DNA of 64,000 nt from a virus. Position 1 is the first letter of the stretch, and every line of letters starts with the position of its first letter. The notes below the pieces were generated by a model. That model was given only the letters and a program-made list of their open reading frames with translations. It was not told the DNA's origin and did no database searches. Positions 29,383 to 39,473 of this stretch are shown piece by piece. The translations under genes and the position numbers were made by a program. Location: IMG/VR virus record IMGVR_UViG_3300042449_000993, positions 32,001 through 96,000 of that record, one strand, 5' to 3'.

Positions 29383-30806
29383 TGGCTAATGCAAATATTT
29401 CAACAGTTGTCGTAACCAACACCTTTGATGAGTGGCGAGTCGCTACAAATGATTTGATTGCAGATCGTAACACTTTACGAAATACAAATTATGTCAAAGA
29501 TGGCGGTAATTATGCGATCGCAAATGGCGTTTTAAGTGTTCAAAAAGACGGTGGTGGTACTGTTTTTTCTGTTGCGAATGACGCTTCAATTAGCGGTAAT
29601 GCGACCATCAACAGATTAACTGTTACAACAGGTATTAATGCTGCAGTGATAAATGCAACAACTGCAGTAAATTCAACATCATTCATCACAACAGCTGGAT
29701 TAAATGTAACGAATCAGGCTAACCTTGCGCGAAATCAGGCAAACGCTGCATATGATATTGCAAATACTGCCAGAGATCAAGCGAACACTGCGCGTGATAC
29801 CGCAAATACTGCCTCTGAAACTGCTAGTATTTCTGCAAATAGTGGTTCTACTTTAACCAGTAAAAAATTAAATTTCATCAACACTTCAAGTATTCTTGTG
29901 AGTGTCACTGATGCATTAGACGGAAATGCAAATATTTCTCTTCAAACGAGTTTTGCAAGTCCTAGTGATGCGTATGATCAAGCAAACACTGCTCGTAATA
30001 CTGCGAACGCTGCCTATGAAGCCGCAAATACTGCTGGTGGCGGTGCTCCATATGATCAAGCAAACACCGCCCGAGATCAAGCAAATACGGCACGTACACA
30101 AGCAAACACGGCACGCGATCAAGCGAATACTGCACGTGATACAGCGAATATTGCATATGGACAAGCCAACAGTTCATATGATCGAGCAAATGGTGCCTAT
30201 GGTCAGGCTAACGGCGCATACGCTCATGCGAACATTGTTTATGCTCAAGCCAACACTTCCTATGACCAAGCGAATACTGCATATAATCAAGCCAATACTG
30301 CTCGCACTACTGCAAACGATTCTTACAGTCAAGCCAACACAGCGCGTGATCAAGCCAATACTGCTCGAACCACAGCCAATGATGCTTATGGTCAAGCAAA
30401 TACTGGAAGCACTCAAGCAACTGCTGCTAGAGATCAAGCCAATACTGCTAGAGATCAGGCAAATACTGCTCGCAATACAGCCAATGGTGCATATGGACAA
30501 GCCAATGGTGCATATGCTCAAGCAAACACATCAGCAAATACAGTTCGTGTTTCCGCAAATCTTGGATCCACATTATCAGCAAAACAACTTAACTTTAATA
30601 ATACATCAACAATTCAAGTGAATGTATTAGACGGTGGTGGTGATGCTGCTGGAAATGCAAATGTAACATTCTCAGTAATTGGTGGTCTCTTAAGTGCAAA
30701 TGCATGGAAACATGCAACAGCAACTTATGATAGCGCCAACGTATACATCTCTGCCACTGCACCTGCCTCTGGAAATCAAAAGGGTGACATCTGGATTCAA
30801 TTTTAA
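29382..30806 (+). CDS. Fibre protein with Ala-rich heptad repeats
   Basis: TNTFDEWRVATN N-terminus, ANxA[RY]x[QT] heptads, C-terminal APASGNQKGDIWIQF. Confidence 0.7.
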   Translation: MANANISTVVVTNTFDEWRVATNDLIADRNTLRNTNYVKDGGNYAIANGVLSVQKDGGGTVFSVANDASISGNATINRLTVTTGINAAVINATTAVNSTSFITTAGLNVTNQANLARNQANAAYDIANTARDQANTARDTANTASETASISANSGSTLTSKKLNFINTSSILVSVTDALDGNANISLQTSFASPSDAYDQANTARNTANAAYEAANTAGGGAPYDQANTARDQANTARTQANTARDQANTARDTANIAYGQANSSYDRANGAYGQANGAYAHANIVYAQANTSYDQANTAYNQANTARTTANDSYSQANTARDQANTARTTANDAYGQANTGSTQATAARDQANTARDQANTARNTANGAYGQANGAYAQANTSANTVRVSANLGSTLSAKQLNFNNTSTIQVNVLDGGGDAAGNANVTFSVIGGLLSANAWKHATATYDSANVYISATAPASGNQKGDIWIQF

Positions 30807-30818
30807 TTAAGGTGCAAA

Positions 30819-31382
30819 ATGGCTCTTAAAATCTGGGACAGCACAGAATGGAAAATGGCGTCTCAAATCAAAGTTTGGGATGGCACCACTTGGCAAAATG
30901 GCTCTCAGGCTAATGTCCATGTTTGGACTGGCACAGCATGGCAAAAAGTTCATCCTGGCGTAGAATTAGATGCAACAATTGGATATTCAGTTTTCACCAC
31001 TGATCCTACAGATGCTGGGAGTGGTGGTAATGCTCAAGCCAGAGTTAATATTTTTGCAAACGGAAAAATTCAAACCTTTGAATCAACATCAATATCAGGA
31101 ACTGTAAGAACATCAAGTGCTGATTGGTTGCTAACAGGAACAAATTCTGATTATGATGTTTATGTTGCAAATTTTGGCGGAGATAATTTAGAAAGTGGCA
31201 GCGGACCAGTTGATGGTACTCGCACAAGATTAAGTTCAGGTGTTGAATATTCTTTATTTATAAATTCGAATGGAACTAAAAGTTCTTCATTTGATATAAT
31301 CATTTGCGCGAATAATTCAGCGACAGGCACCACAATTCAAACAGCTCCAGTTTTTCTACAAGTTGATGTCGGTGGATTGTAA
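30819..31382 (+). CDS. Putative fibre tip or adhesin-like protein
   Basis: Three N-terminal Trp repeats (KIWDSTEW, KVWDGTTW, HVWTGTAW) followed by a beta-rich domain. Confidence 0.5.
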   Translation: MALKIWDSTEWKMASQIKVWDGTTWQNGSQANVHVWTGTAWQKVHPGVELDATIGYSVFTTDPTDAGSGGNAQARVNIFANGKIQTFESTSISGTVRTSSADWLLTGTNSDYDVYVANFGGDNLESGSGPVDGTRTRLSSGVEYSLFINSNGTKSSSFDIIICANNSATGTTIQTAPVFLQVDVGGL

Positions 31383-31395
31383 TTTAGAGTAATCA

Positions 31396-34300
31396 ATGTC
31401 TAATCTACTTACAATTAATACAAAAGGAATTTTATTTCCTGATGGAAGTTTTCTAGATACTGCGCAAGTTGGATCAAATCTCAACGTTGCAGCAAATGGC
31501 TCATCTATTGAGTTTACGAAATTTCTCAATTTTATTAATACTGATACAGTCACCGTTTCAGTAACTCCAAACACAGGTAATCCTGGATATACAAACGTTG
31601 CATTCACATCAACTGGTGGGGGTGGCGGTGGAGTGAGTGGTCCATCAGGTCCATCAGGTCCATCTGGACCAAGTGGTCCATCTGGAGCAGCATCAACAGT
31701 TTCTGGTCCGCAAGGCGCACAAGGTCCGTCTGGTCCATCTGGCGCACAAGGTGCCGCATCTACTGTTTCTGGACCACAGGGTGCACAAGGTCCATCTGGA
31801 CCATCGGGTGCTCAGGGGGCAGCATCTACAGTTTCTGGTCCTTCTGGTCCGCAAGGAACATCAGGTCCATCTGGTGCTGCCTCTAATGTTTCAGGTCCAC
31901 AAGGTTCACAAGGTGTTTCTGGTCCCAGTGGTCCATCGGGTCCATCTGGCGCTGCCTCTACAGTTTCTGGACCATCTGGACCAAGAGGTATAACTGGTCC
32001 GTCTGGTGCACAAGGCGTATCAGGTCCACAGGGAACTGGTCCGTCAGGTCCACAAGGAACTCAAGGTGTTTCTGGTCCAAGTGGTCCACAAGGAGATCCA
32101 GGTGGTCCATCTGGTCCGTCAGGTCCACAAGGTCCGCAAGGTCCACCAAATGGTCCATCTGGTCCAAGTGGTCCACAAGGTCCTTCTGGTCCAACTGGTG
32201 ACAAATATTCTACATCTAGTACATCGACATTTACGATTGCTCAAAATATAAACATCACGATTACAGTCGGCACTGGTTTATCTTGGACGCCTGGACGTGG
32301 TGCTCTTATTCGACACGATGGATTTAACTTTATATACGGAAGTGTTGAAGCATATAATCCAGCCACTGGTGAATTTACATTCTTCTCAGATCCAATTCTT
32401 GACTCTGCAGCAGGTGTAGGAAATTCATTTAGCAGTTGGAAAGTTGATGTTGCAATAATATTCTCAACAGTAGAAGGTCCTACTGGTCCATCAGGTGCTG
32501 CATCTACCATTTCTGGTCCAACTGGTCCGTCAGGTCCATCGGGTCCATCTGGCGCTGCCTCTACAGTTTCTGGACCATCAGGTCCGAGTGGTCCAAGAGG
32601 TGCATCAGGTCCATCTGGTCCATCAGGTCCACAAGGACCAAATGATGCAGCATCAATCAATTACATCCAAGATGGCACAGGTGCTGTTAGCAGAACAGTT
32701 CAAGCAGGATTGAGAGATCGAATTAGTGTATTTGATTTCATGACAACTGCTGAAATCACCGATGTTGAAAATAGATCGTTTACTCTTGATGTAACATCAA
32801 AAATTAAAGCAGCGATCGACGCTGCATCAGCACAAAGAAAAGATCTGTTCATTCCAGCAGGATTGTATAAGATCGTTCCAGCAACAGCATCTGAGTGGGC
32901 TGGTGGTGCTGCTGACTCTGGTCCAGTTTATGTTGCATTTACAATACAAAATAATATGTCTATTGTTGCTGAGGAAGGTGCAGTATTTAAACTTGCAGAC
33001 AATTTCTCAGTTGTTGGTGCTGTGAAAGCGCATGCGATGTTCTTTACAAATGTCCCAACTGCAAATGTCTCCTTCTATGGTTTGACAATGGACATGAATG
33101 GAAATAACAATGATGGTATCGCGCCATTCCCTGGAGACAATAATCCACAAATCTTTATTAGTGGTAAAACACCACGCTATTCTATTCCATCAAGAAGAGC
33201 AACAAGCACCTCAACCAACACAATTGGAACAGGATCAAAATCATTCACCATAGAAACTGGTAAAAGTTTTAGTGTTGGTGAAGATATTGGTATGTTAGTT
33301 GCTTCAGGAACTGGAGCATCATTATGGTCTATGCATGGAACCGTCACATCGTATAATAGTGGCAGCGGTGCTCTAGTGGTAAATGTAACTCAAACTAGCA
33401 TATATGGAGTTGGTCAAAGCGTCGGTGGAAGTTCTGGTGGCGCGCCTCGTTGGGCAATTGGTGATGGTATTGGAGCATATATTGACGATGTTGTAATTGA
33501 AAAGTGCATCTTCTTGAATAATATGGGTAAAACTGTTCTTGGTTGTGCTCAATTAGATGGCGCAACGAAAATAAAATTAGGAAAAAATTGGAAAGTTCTG
33601 AACTGCACATTTAAAAATAATGGTAAACGTGCTGCGGACCACTCAACATTTTACGGTATGGTTGATGATTTGACTGTAGAAGGATGTTCATTCACAGCAG
33701 ATTCAATGTTCCCAAATGGTTCAACTGGACCATATGCTGATGGTGGTGGAACAATAACATGTGGTACACTTGTTGCGATTGAAACTCACGGAAGCAATCA
33801 CAGATATAGTAACAATTTATTTGAAAATTACTATCAAGGATTTTGGATTGCCTCAAACGGAGCATTTGAAGCAAACAATATTGTAATTGCGCAAAATAAT
33901 TTCAAAGTATTGACTTATGGAATGGGTTCGTATAGACGCGAAGGTGGTCCAACAATTATTCGAAATGTGAATATTTCTGACAATACATTCATATATGACA
34001 ATACTTCTAGCGCAGATGGCGTTCCTAAAGTGGGTGTTCTTATTGCTGAAGATGAAGAGATTGAAGATTGGAGCATCTGTAACAACATTGCTAGAAAAGA
34101 AGTGCCTGCTGGGCAATCAAATTATCAATCTTATTTTATAGGAATATTCACTGCACGTGTAAGCGGCGTGATGGATCGAATTGTTATTGATGGTAACTAT
34201 TGCACTGGATTTGCTCGCGGCATTGTTTTGTATAGTGCTGTATCAGGAAAGAGTTTAGGAACAATTCGAATCACGAACAATACCATTTTAAATCCAAACA

Positions 34301-35085
34301 CCACTTCATCATTCCCATCTGGTGCATATGGAATTTTGGCTTATACAACTGGTGGTGCATCTACAGTCAAAGAATTAATTATCGATAATAACTCATTTAT
34401 TGATAATCGTGCTTCGCCACAAATGCAATATGGGATTAGATTATCTGGTGATTGGACAGTTAATAATCTTTGGAGAGATGGGAACAAATACTATGGATCA
34501 ACAGTAGCAGATTTTGATTCAACTGGAGCGGTTATCACAAATACACGATCTGCAGATGGCGGTGGTGCAACTGGTCCGCAAGGCGCACAAGGTCCATCTG
34601 GTCCAACTGGTGCACAAGGCTCACAAGGACCAAGTGGACCAACATCAGGTGCTTCAAGCATCACGAATTTCACACCAACTTGGTATAATCAAGAATTTGG
34701 TTCTCCGCAAACAGCTGTAACGATTGGAAACGGAAACAACGTTGGGTATTATAGTTTGAATGGAAATGAAGTTACAGTTGTCGCAACATTATTGTTGGGA
34801 AGTACAACAAGTATTGCCACCAAATCAACATCAGGATATGTATATCTTGCATTACCCTTTGCCTCTGCTTATGCAGGATTAAGTTATAATGGTGTCTGGA
34901 GAATTTACGACGATAGTGTCGCTAAATTTTATAGTGGATCTGCGTTTGTCGATGGTGGTGGTAGTACTGTCTCTTTGGCTGTTGATAATGGTTTGTTCGT
35001 TCGAAATGCTGCAGGTTCTGAGAATCCTGTAAATTTTGCTGCGGGAGACGCATTGTCCGTGCAATTAACATATTTCAAGACATAA
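31396..35085 (+). CDS. Collagen-like tail fibre / tailspike with pectate-lyase-like beta-helix
   Basis: Gly-X-Y tracts (GPS/GPQ/GAQ); [18 protein letters not shown] tailspike neck; [14 protein letters not shown]; IDGN/ISDN beta-helix repeats. Confidence 0.8.
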   Translation: MSNLLTINTKGILFPDGSFLDTAQVGSNLNVAANGSSIEFTKFLNFINTDTVTVSVTPNTGNPGYTNVAFTSTGGGGGGVSGPSGPSGPSGPSGPSGAASTVSGPQGAQGPSGPSGAQGAASTVSGPQGAQGPSGPSGAQGAASTVSGPSGPQGTSGPSGAASNVSGPQGSQGVSGPSGPSGPSGAASTVSGPSGPRGITGPSGAQGVSGPQGTGPSGPQGTQGVSGPSGPQGDPGGPSGPSGPQGPQGPPNGPSGPSGPQGPSGPTGDKYSTSSTSTFTIAQNINITITVGTGLSWTPGRGALIRHDGFNFIYGSVEAYNPATGEFTFFSDPILDSAAGVGNSFSSWKVDVAIIFSTVEGPTGPSGAASTISGPTGPSGPSGPSGAASTVSGPSGPSGPRGASGPSGPSGPQGPNDAASINYIQDGTGAVSRTVQAGLRDRISVFDFMTTAEITDVENRSFTLDVTSKIKAAIDAASAQRKDLFIPAGLYKIVPATASEWAGGAADSGPVYVAFTIQNNMSIVAEEGAVFKLADNFSVVGAVKAHAMFFTNVPTANVSFYGLTMDMNGNNNDGIAPFPGDNNPQIFISGKTPRYSIPSRRATSTSTNTIGTGSKSFTIETGKSFSVGEDIGMLVASGTGASLWSMHGTVTSYNSGSGALVVNVTQTSIYGVGQSVGGSSGGAPRWAIGDGIGAYIDDVVIEKCIFLNNMGKTVLGCAQLDGATKIKLGKNWKVLNCTFKNNGKRAADHSTFYGMVDDLTVEGCSFTADSMFPNGSTGPYADGGGTITCGTLVAIETHGSNHRYSNNLFENYYQGFWIASNGAFEANNIVIAQNNFKVLTYGMGSYRREGGPTIIRNVNISDNTFIYDNTSSADGVPKVGVLIAEDEEIEDWSICNNIARKEVPAGQSNYQSYFIGIFTARVSGVMDRIVIDGNYCTGFARGIVLYSAVSGKSLGTIRITNNTILNPNTTSSFPSGAYGILAYTTGGASTVKELIIDNNSFIDNRASPQMQYGIRLSGDWTVNNLWRDGNKYYGSTVADFDSTGAVITNTRSADGGGATGPQGAQGPSGPTGAQGSQGPSGPTSGASSITNFTPTWYNQEFGSPQTAVTIGNGNNVGYYSLNGNEVTVVATLLLGSTTSIATKSTSGYVYLALPFASAYAGLSYNGVWRIYDDSVAKFYSGSAFVDGGGSTVSLAVDNGLFVRNAAGSENPVNFAAGDALSVQLTYFKT
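31636..32640 (+). repeat. Collagen-like 9-nt GGTCCATCN repeats in two tracts, with GAASTVSGP interruptions
   Basis: Visible tandem ggtccatca/ggtccatct/ggtccacaa units; a short third tract lies at about 34565-34640. Confidence 0.9.
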
Positions 35086-35090
35086 TCAAC

Positions 35091-35146
35091 TTGATTTTGG
35101 CGTAAATTTAACGTAGAATATAGGGATGTTTCGATCCTTATAAATA
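35091..35146 (+). promoter_or_regulatory. Tandem sigma70-like and T4 late promoters upstream of the repeat-protein cassette
   Basis: TTGATT(35091)-N17-TAGAAT(35114) and TATAAATA(35139-35146). Confidence 0.6.
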
Positions 35147-35169
35147 TAAAAAAGATTTTTGGGATTACT

Positions 35170-36339
35170 ATGTCAGATTTAAATAAAACTTGGCTCCCTG
35201 GACCTTCGAGAGGAACGACTACCGTAACCTCTCCAGGAAACGTTACAATCCCATATGGTCGTTTTGTTGGTACAGTTTCAGGAAAGGGTGCTCCTGGAAA
35301 CTCTCCAGTAACAGCAGGTTGGGTGACAAACTATAACACCAATTATAATGTTGCGTATCCAATCGCCAATCAGCCGATCGCAAATCAGCCACTGGCGAAT
35401 CAGCCAGCAACTGCTTGGACAACCAATTACAATACAAACTATAACACCAATTATAATGTTGCGTACCCAATCGCGAATCAACCAATCGCCAATCGTCCAA
35501 TCGCAAATCAACCAGCAACTGCTTGGACAACAAACTACAATACCAATTATAATACGAACTATTTCGTAACATATCCATTTGCTGGATTCGGTTTTGGACA
35601 CTTCTCGTTTGGTGGAAATAATCCAGGTGTTTATTTCGTGAACTCTTATCGATATTGGACTTACGGTATCTATCAAAACCAAGCTGGTCCTCCAGGATAT
35701 GTTCAAAGTACCAGTTACAACTTCGACGACTCTCAATGTCCATCGCACTTTGCATTCGATCAAACAAATCCATTACAATATCAGTGGCACTGGGTTTACT
35801 TTCAATGCTGGCATCAATTTGCACCAGGAAATGCATTCTTTTTCACAAATTACAATACAGAATATAACGTCGCATATCCTGTTGCAAATCAACCAGTGGC
35901 AAATCAACCAATTGCAAACCAGCCTATAACTGCTTGGACGACAAACTATAATACCAATTATAATACGAACTACAACGTTGCTTATCCAATTGCCAACCAA
36001 CCAATCGCAACTCAGCCACTGGCGAATCAACCAATAACTGCTTGGACGACAAACTATAATACAAATTATAATACCAACTACAATGTCGCGTATCCAATTG
36101 CGAATCAACCAATTGCAAATCAACCAGCCACAGGATTTACTCCTGGAAACATTGGTGCTTCTGCTTCTGCTCTTGGTGTGACATTACCTGGCGGTGCAGT
36201 TGGTAATGTGATTGATGGTGGTCCAATTCCAGCGACACCAATTTCACCAACAACAGTAAGTTACTGGACTTACCCAGATAATTCAACATATCCTGTTACA
36301 GCCCCTTCTGGATCGGAAGTCGTAATTAAACTTGAATAA
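35170..36339 (+). CDS. TNYN / xANQP repeat protein with central aromatic domain; putative fibre or adhesin
   Basis: Two repeat arms (aa 53-136 and 226-324) flank an F/Y/W-rich 89-aa centre with 2 Cys; Gly/Pro-rich termini. Confidence 0.6.
   Translation: MSDLNKTWLPGPSRGTTTVTSPGNVTIPYGRFVGTVSGKGAPGNSPVTAGWVTNYNTNYNVAYPIANQPIANQPLANQPATAWTTNYNTNYNTNYNVAYPIANQPIANRPIANQPATAWTTNYNTNYNTNYFVTYPFAGFGFGHFSFGGNNPGVYFVNSYRYWTYGIYQNQAGPPGYVQSTSYNFDDSQCPSHFAFDQTNPLQYQWHWVYFQCWHQFAPGNAFFFTNYNTEYNVAYPVANQPVANQPIANQPITAWTTNYNTNYNTNYNVAYPIANQPIATQPLANQPITAWTTNYNTNYNTNYNVAYPIANQPIANQPATGFTPGNIGASASALGVTLPGGAVGNVIDGGPIPATPISPTTVSYWTYPDNSTYPVTAPSGSEVVIKLE
35326..36141 (+). repeat. Nested coding repeats: 12-nt (TNYN) and 15-nt (xANQP) units inside a 108-nt higher-order unit
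   Basis: 36-aa unit (TNYN)3-VAYP-(xANQP)3-xTAWT; synonymous divergence between copies. Confidence 0.9.
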
Positions 36340-36354
36340 TTAATTGAGAGTGGA

Positions 36355-36954
36355 GTGAATATTATGTTTAAGATTGATAAATTCAAAAGACAGTTTCCTA
36401 AATTCTGTCATGTTGAACAAGTCTTTTCTAAAGAAGAAGTAAAAAGAATTTATGATTTGGAAGATTTAGAAAAATTCCGAAGAGGAATGGTTGGATCTAA
36501 TAATTCTGAAGGTGAGGTTAAACTCGAATCTCGAGATTCTGAGATTATGTGGGTTAATCCTAATCATGAATCAGGTTGGATCTTTGATCGTTTTGCTCAA
36601 GTCTTAGCAAACGTGAACTATGATTTCTTCAATAGTAATATTAATCATATGGGTCCATTTCAATATACTCTTTATCGCGAAAATCAATATTATAACTGGC
36701 ATGTTGATTCAGATTCCATGTATGCTGATTTAACTCGAAAAATTAGTGCAACAATTATGTTATCTGATGCTTCTGATTATGTTGGTGGTGAGTTCGAATT
36801 GATTGCAAATGGTAATGTGGAACAGCCAATAATGCTTCGACCAAATGCAGGTGATATTATTTTCTTCGCCTCTCACATGCCTCATCGTGTTCGAGCAGTT
36901 ACACAAGGTGTGCGGAAATCGCTAGTGAATTGGATATATGGACCATGGGATTAA
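36355..36954 (+). CDS. PKHD-type / prolyl-hydroxylase-like 2OG-Fe(II) oxygenase (ATG at 36364 is a likely alternative start)
   Basis: YNWHVD (HxD), RKISATIML, DYVGGEF, FFASHMPHRV, GVRKSLV.W..GP. Confidence 0.9.
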   Translation: MNIMFKIDKFKRQFPKFCHVEQVFSKEEVKRIYDLEDLEKFRRGMVGSNNSEGEVKLESRDSEIMWVNPNHESGWIFDRFAQVLANVNYDFFNSNINHMGPFQYTLYRENQYYNWHVDSDSMYADLTRKISATIMLSDASDYVGGEFELIANGNVEQPIMLRPNAGDIIFFASHMPHRVRAVTQGVRKSLVNWIYGPWD

Positions 36955-36964
36955 TGGATAAATT

Positions 36965-37711
36965 ATGGATCTCTCAAAGTTCACAAAACTCAAGTTTTGG
37001 TCAAATAACATCATTGAATTTTATTGTAGAAAAGAATTCGAAGGTGTAATTCCTGAACCAAAACCAGCAGCGAAATACTTTCCAGAATGGTTTAAAAATC
37101 TAGAACCATACATTGCTGCTAGAGATAAAAGCAGTGGTGATAAAAGAATCATGACTGCGAAAAGATGTCTGCCTCTCATCGATGCAATGTCATTGGGTTT
37201 TGTTATCCCTCTTGCTGCTGATTGCCACGTTTTAACAAATCATGACAATTCTCAAATACTTTTTAATGGATTGGCTGGATCATTCCCAATTATTGAATCT
37301 CATGATAAGCGACAAGTCGGAGGTCACAGCACAATTAAAAGAAATAATGGAGATGCTCTTAAATTCCTAAATTATTGGGTTGTGAAAACTGCTCCAGGAT
37401 GGTCAAGCCTTTTTATTCCTCCGATTAATAATTTCTCACAGCCGTTTACCTGTTTAGGTGGAATGGTTGATACTGACAAATATACAAAAGAAGTGAATTT
37501 TCCAGCAGTTTGGCATGCTCATAATTTTGATGGAATGATTTATGCAGGAACACCGCTTATTACTGTAATACCAATTAAAAGAAATATTTTTGATAAGAAA
37601 CCTGTTATTCGAAAAATGACTAAAAAAGAACAAGAAACTCATAATCAAATGAATCGAATTCAAAATAGTCGTCTTAGTTATTATACAAATGAGTTGAGGG
37701 TTAAGAAATGA
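36965..37711 (+). CDS. DUF6065-like protein
   Basis: PKPAAKYFPEWFK, TAKRCLPLIDAMSLGFVIP, WVVKTAPGWS.LF, GMVDTD, NFP, GTPL..VIP.KR. Confidence 0.6.
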   Translation: MDLSKFTKLKFWSNNIIEFYCRKEFEGVIPEPKPAAKYFPEWFKNLEPYIAARDKSSGDKRIMTAKRCLPLIDAMSLGFVIPLAADCHVLTNHDNSQILFNGLAGSFPIIESHDKRQVGGHSTIKRNNGDALKFLNYWVVKTAPGWSSLFIPPINNFSQPFTCLGGMVDTDKYTKEVNFPAVWHAHNFDGMIYAGTPLITVIPIKRNIFDKKPVIRKMTKKEQETHNQMNRIQNSRLSYYTNELRVKK

Positions 37712-38493
37712 GATTTATTAAGTATTTTATGGGTGATAATAATGACATTTTGGACAATGGCATTCATCCAAAAAAAGACGATATTGAGTTTATCTGTTTC
37801 ATGGGTCAGGCTGCGTCTCATGAACAAACTCGAGTTAAACTTGCAAAAGAAGTCGACACAAAATTTAAAAAGTATCAAGTCGAAAAGCATGGATCGTACA
37901 CCTTTGCTCAATGTCCAGGAATGTTAGATTATTCCCGTCTAGGATATATCATTCCAGCATGGACCAACTTTGAGTTCATGTACAACTCTGCAGGTGTAGA
38001 GATATTTGATGGAACAATCGATTCTAGAGTTCGCTCTAAAATTCCATTAAGAGGATTCGATCCAACTATTTTCGATGGCGCAATTAAAAACGACGATGGA
38101 TCTAAAACTGAAATCTATAACATTCAAGCACCTTGGCATATTCGATGCAAGCCTGGAGTCCATATGATGATTATGCCTGCATTCTATCATAGCAATATTC
38201 TAGATGATTTTCATATCCTTCCAGGTGTTATTGATTATGGTAGCGGATTTCATACGATTAATTTCTTAACTGGACCAAAGAGATATGGTCAGTTTAAGAT
38301 TATGATGGGCGAGCCTCTATTCCACATCATTCCTCTCAAGAATGTCCCATTCACTGCTTCTTATGGACTTGTTGATAATTATAAAAATGTCTATAAAGAA
38401 GATGAGTTTTTTGGTAAAATTAAGAGTTTCTATAGAAAATTTTATTGCGGAAAGAGAAAATTCTCCTTACGAAAGGAGATGGGAGATAAATGA
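37708..38493 (+). CDS. DUF6065-like protein (paralogue of the upstream gene)
   Basis: CPGMLDYSRLGYIIPAW, PWHIRCKPG, LPGVID, GEPLFHIIP align with the motifs of 36965-37711. Confidence 0.55.
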   Translation: MRFIKYFMGDNNDILDNGIHPKKDDIEFICFMGQAASHEQTRVKLAKEVDTKFKKYQVEKHGSYTFAQCPGMLDYSRLGYIIPAWTNFEFMYNSAGVEIFDGTIDSRVRSKIPLRGFDPTIFDGAIKNDDGSKTEIYNIQAPWHIRCKPGVHMMIMPAFYHSNILDDFHILPGVIDYGSGFHTINFLTGPKRYGQFKIMMGEPLFHIIPLKNVPFTASYGLVDNYKNVYKEDEFFGKIKSFYRKFYCGKRKFSLRKEMGDK

Positions 38494-39473
38494 AAACTAT
38501 TTTCGTAAGCATTGCTTCATATAGAGATAAACTTCTTTTAGCAACTCTGAACTCATTAAGGCAAAATGAGTCTGGTCGAAATAAGATCGTTTATGGTGTT
38601 TTCGAACAGACCAAAAAAGAAGACAGTTTAGAGACAAAAGCACCAGAGTTGCTAGACAATGCTGCGATTCGATACAAAAGAATAGACCCAGAATATGCTG
38701 ATGGAGTCGTCTGGGCTCGAGCAATCAACGCCATGCAGCACTATGATGAAGAGTTTTTCTATCAGATCGACTCTCATATGCTCTTTGATAAAGACTGGGA
38801 TAACACTCTTTTGTGGGACTATCAACAAGCATCTAGGCTTGCAAATAACCCTAAAGTTATTTTAACAACAGGCACGAAGAATTTCGAGTATTTCTCAAAT
38901 TATATCACAAAACATACACTAACTCGTGATATAACAGTGAATTTTAAGTATTGGCAATTTGATAAGGAATTATGTCTAAAGGTTCATGGTCCTTGGATTG
39001 CCGCGACTGATACTGTTGTTCCTGGAATCCATACGATCGCAGGTAACTTTTTCGCACCTGCTACCTGGATTAAAGATGTCGGATTCAACACTAGATTGTT
39101 TTTTGAGTATGAAGAACAATATATGTCTCTTACATCCATATTGGCTGGATATAAAATCTATCATCAGAGAAAGATCCAATGCTATCATTATCTGGATTCT
39201 GCGAAATCAACAACTCGCCAAGAGAACGATCCAGTTCGTCCGTCGAAGATCTTTGACAATAAGAAGCGAGAGAAGGAGGAATTTATCAATTATATATACT
39301 CTTTAGGTGAGGAGAAACTTGAAGAATATCGAAGATTGACAGGAGTTGATTATATAAATAGAAAATTAGAAGAGCGCGCAATCACCAGAACCGTTCCTCC
39401 AACAATTCCTGTTGATTGGGAATTGCCTCAACCACCAGAACCAGCAAAAGACGAAGAGAAAAATGAGCCTTGA
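38490..39473 (+). CDS. Glycosyltransferase, GT60/Gnt1-like (hydroxyproline or polypeptide GlcNAc transferase family)
   Basis: TIFVSIASYRD, GVVWAR, QIDSHMLFDKDWD (DxH), AGNFF, FEYEE. Confidence 0.8.
   Translation: MKTIFVSIASYRDKLLLATLNSLRQNESGRNKIVYGVFEQTKKEDSLETKAPELLDNAAIRYKRIDPEYADGVVWARAINAMQHYDEEFFYQIDSHMLFDKDWDNTLLWDYQQASRLANNPKVILTTGTKNFEYFSNYITKHTLTRDITVNFKYWQFDKELCLKVHGPWIAATDTVVPGIHTIAGNFFAPATWIKDVGFNTRLFFEYEEQYMSLTSILAGYKIYHQRKIQCYHYLDSAKSTTRQENDPVRPSKIFDNKKREKEEFINYIYSLGEEKLEEYRRLTGVDYINRKLEERAITRTVPPTIPVDWELPQPPEPAKDEEKNEP

Noticed and set aside
35578-35844. Aromatic-rich centre of the repeat protein (and the Mtd_N-like fibre) as a diversity-generating retroelement target
   Set aside because: No reverse transcriptase and no adenine-variant template repeat seen in this window; cannot be excluded elsewhere in the genome
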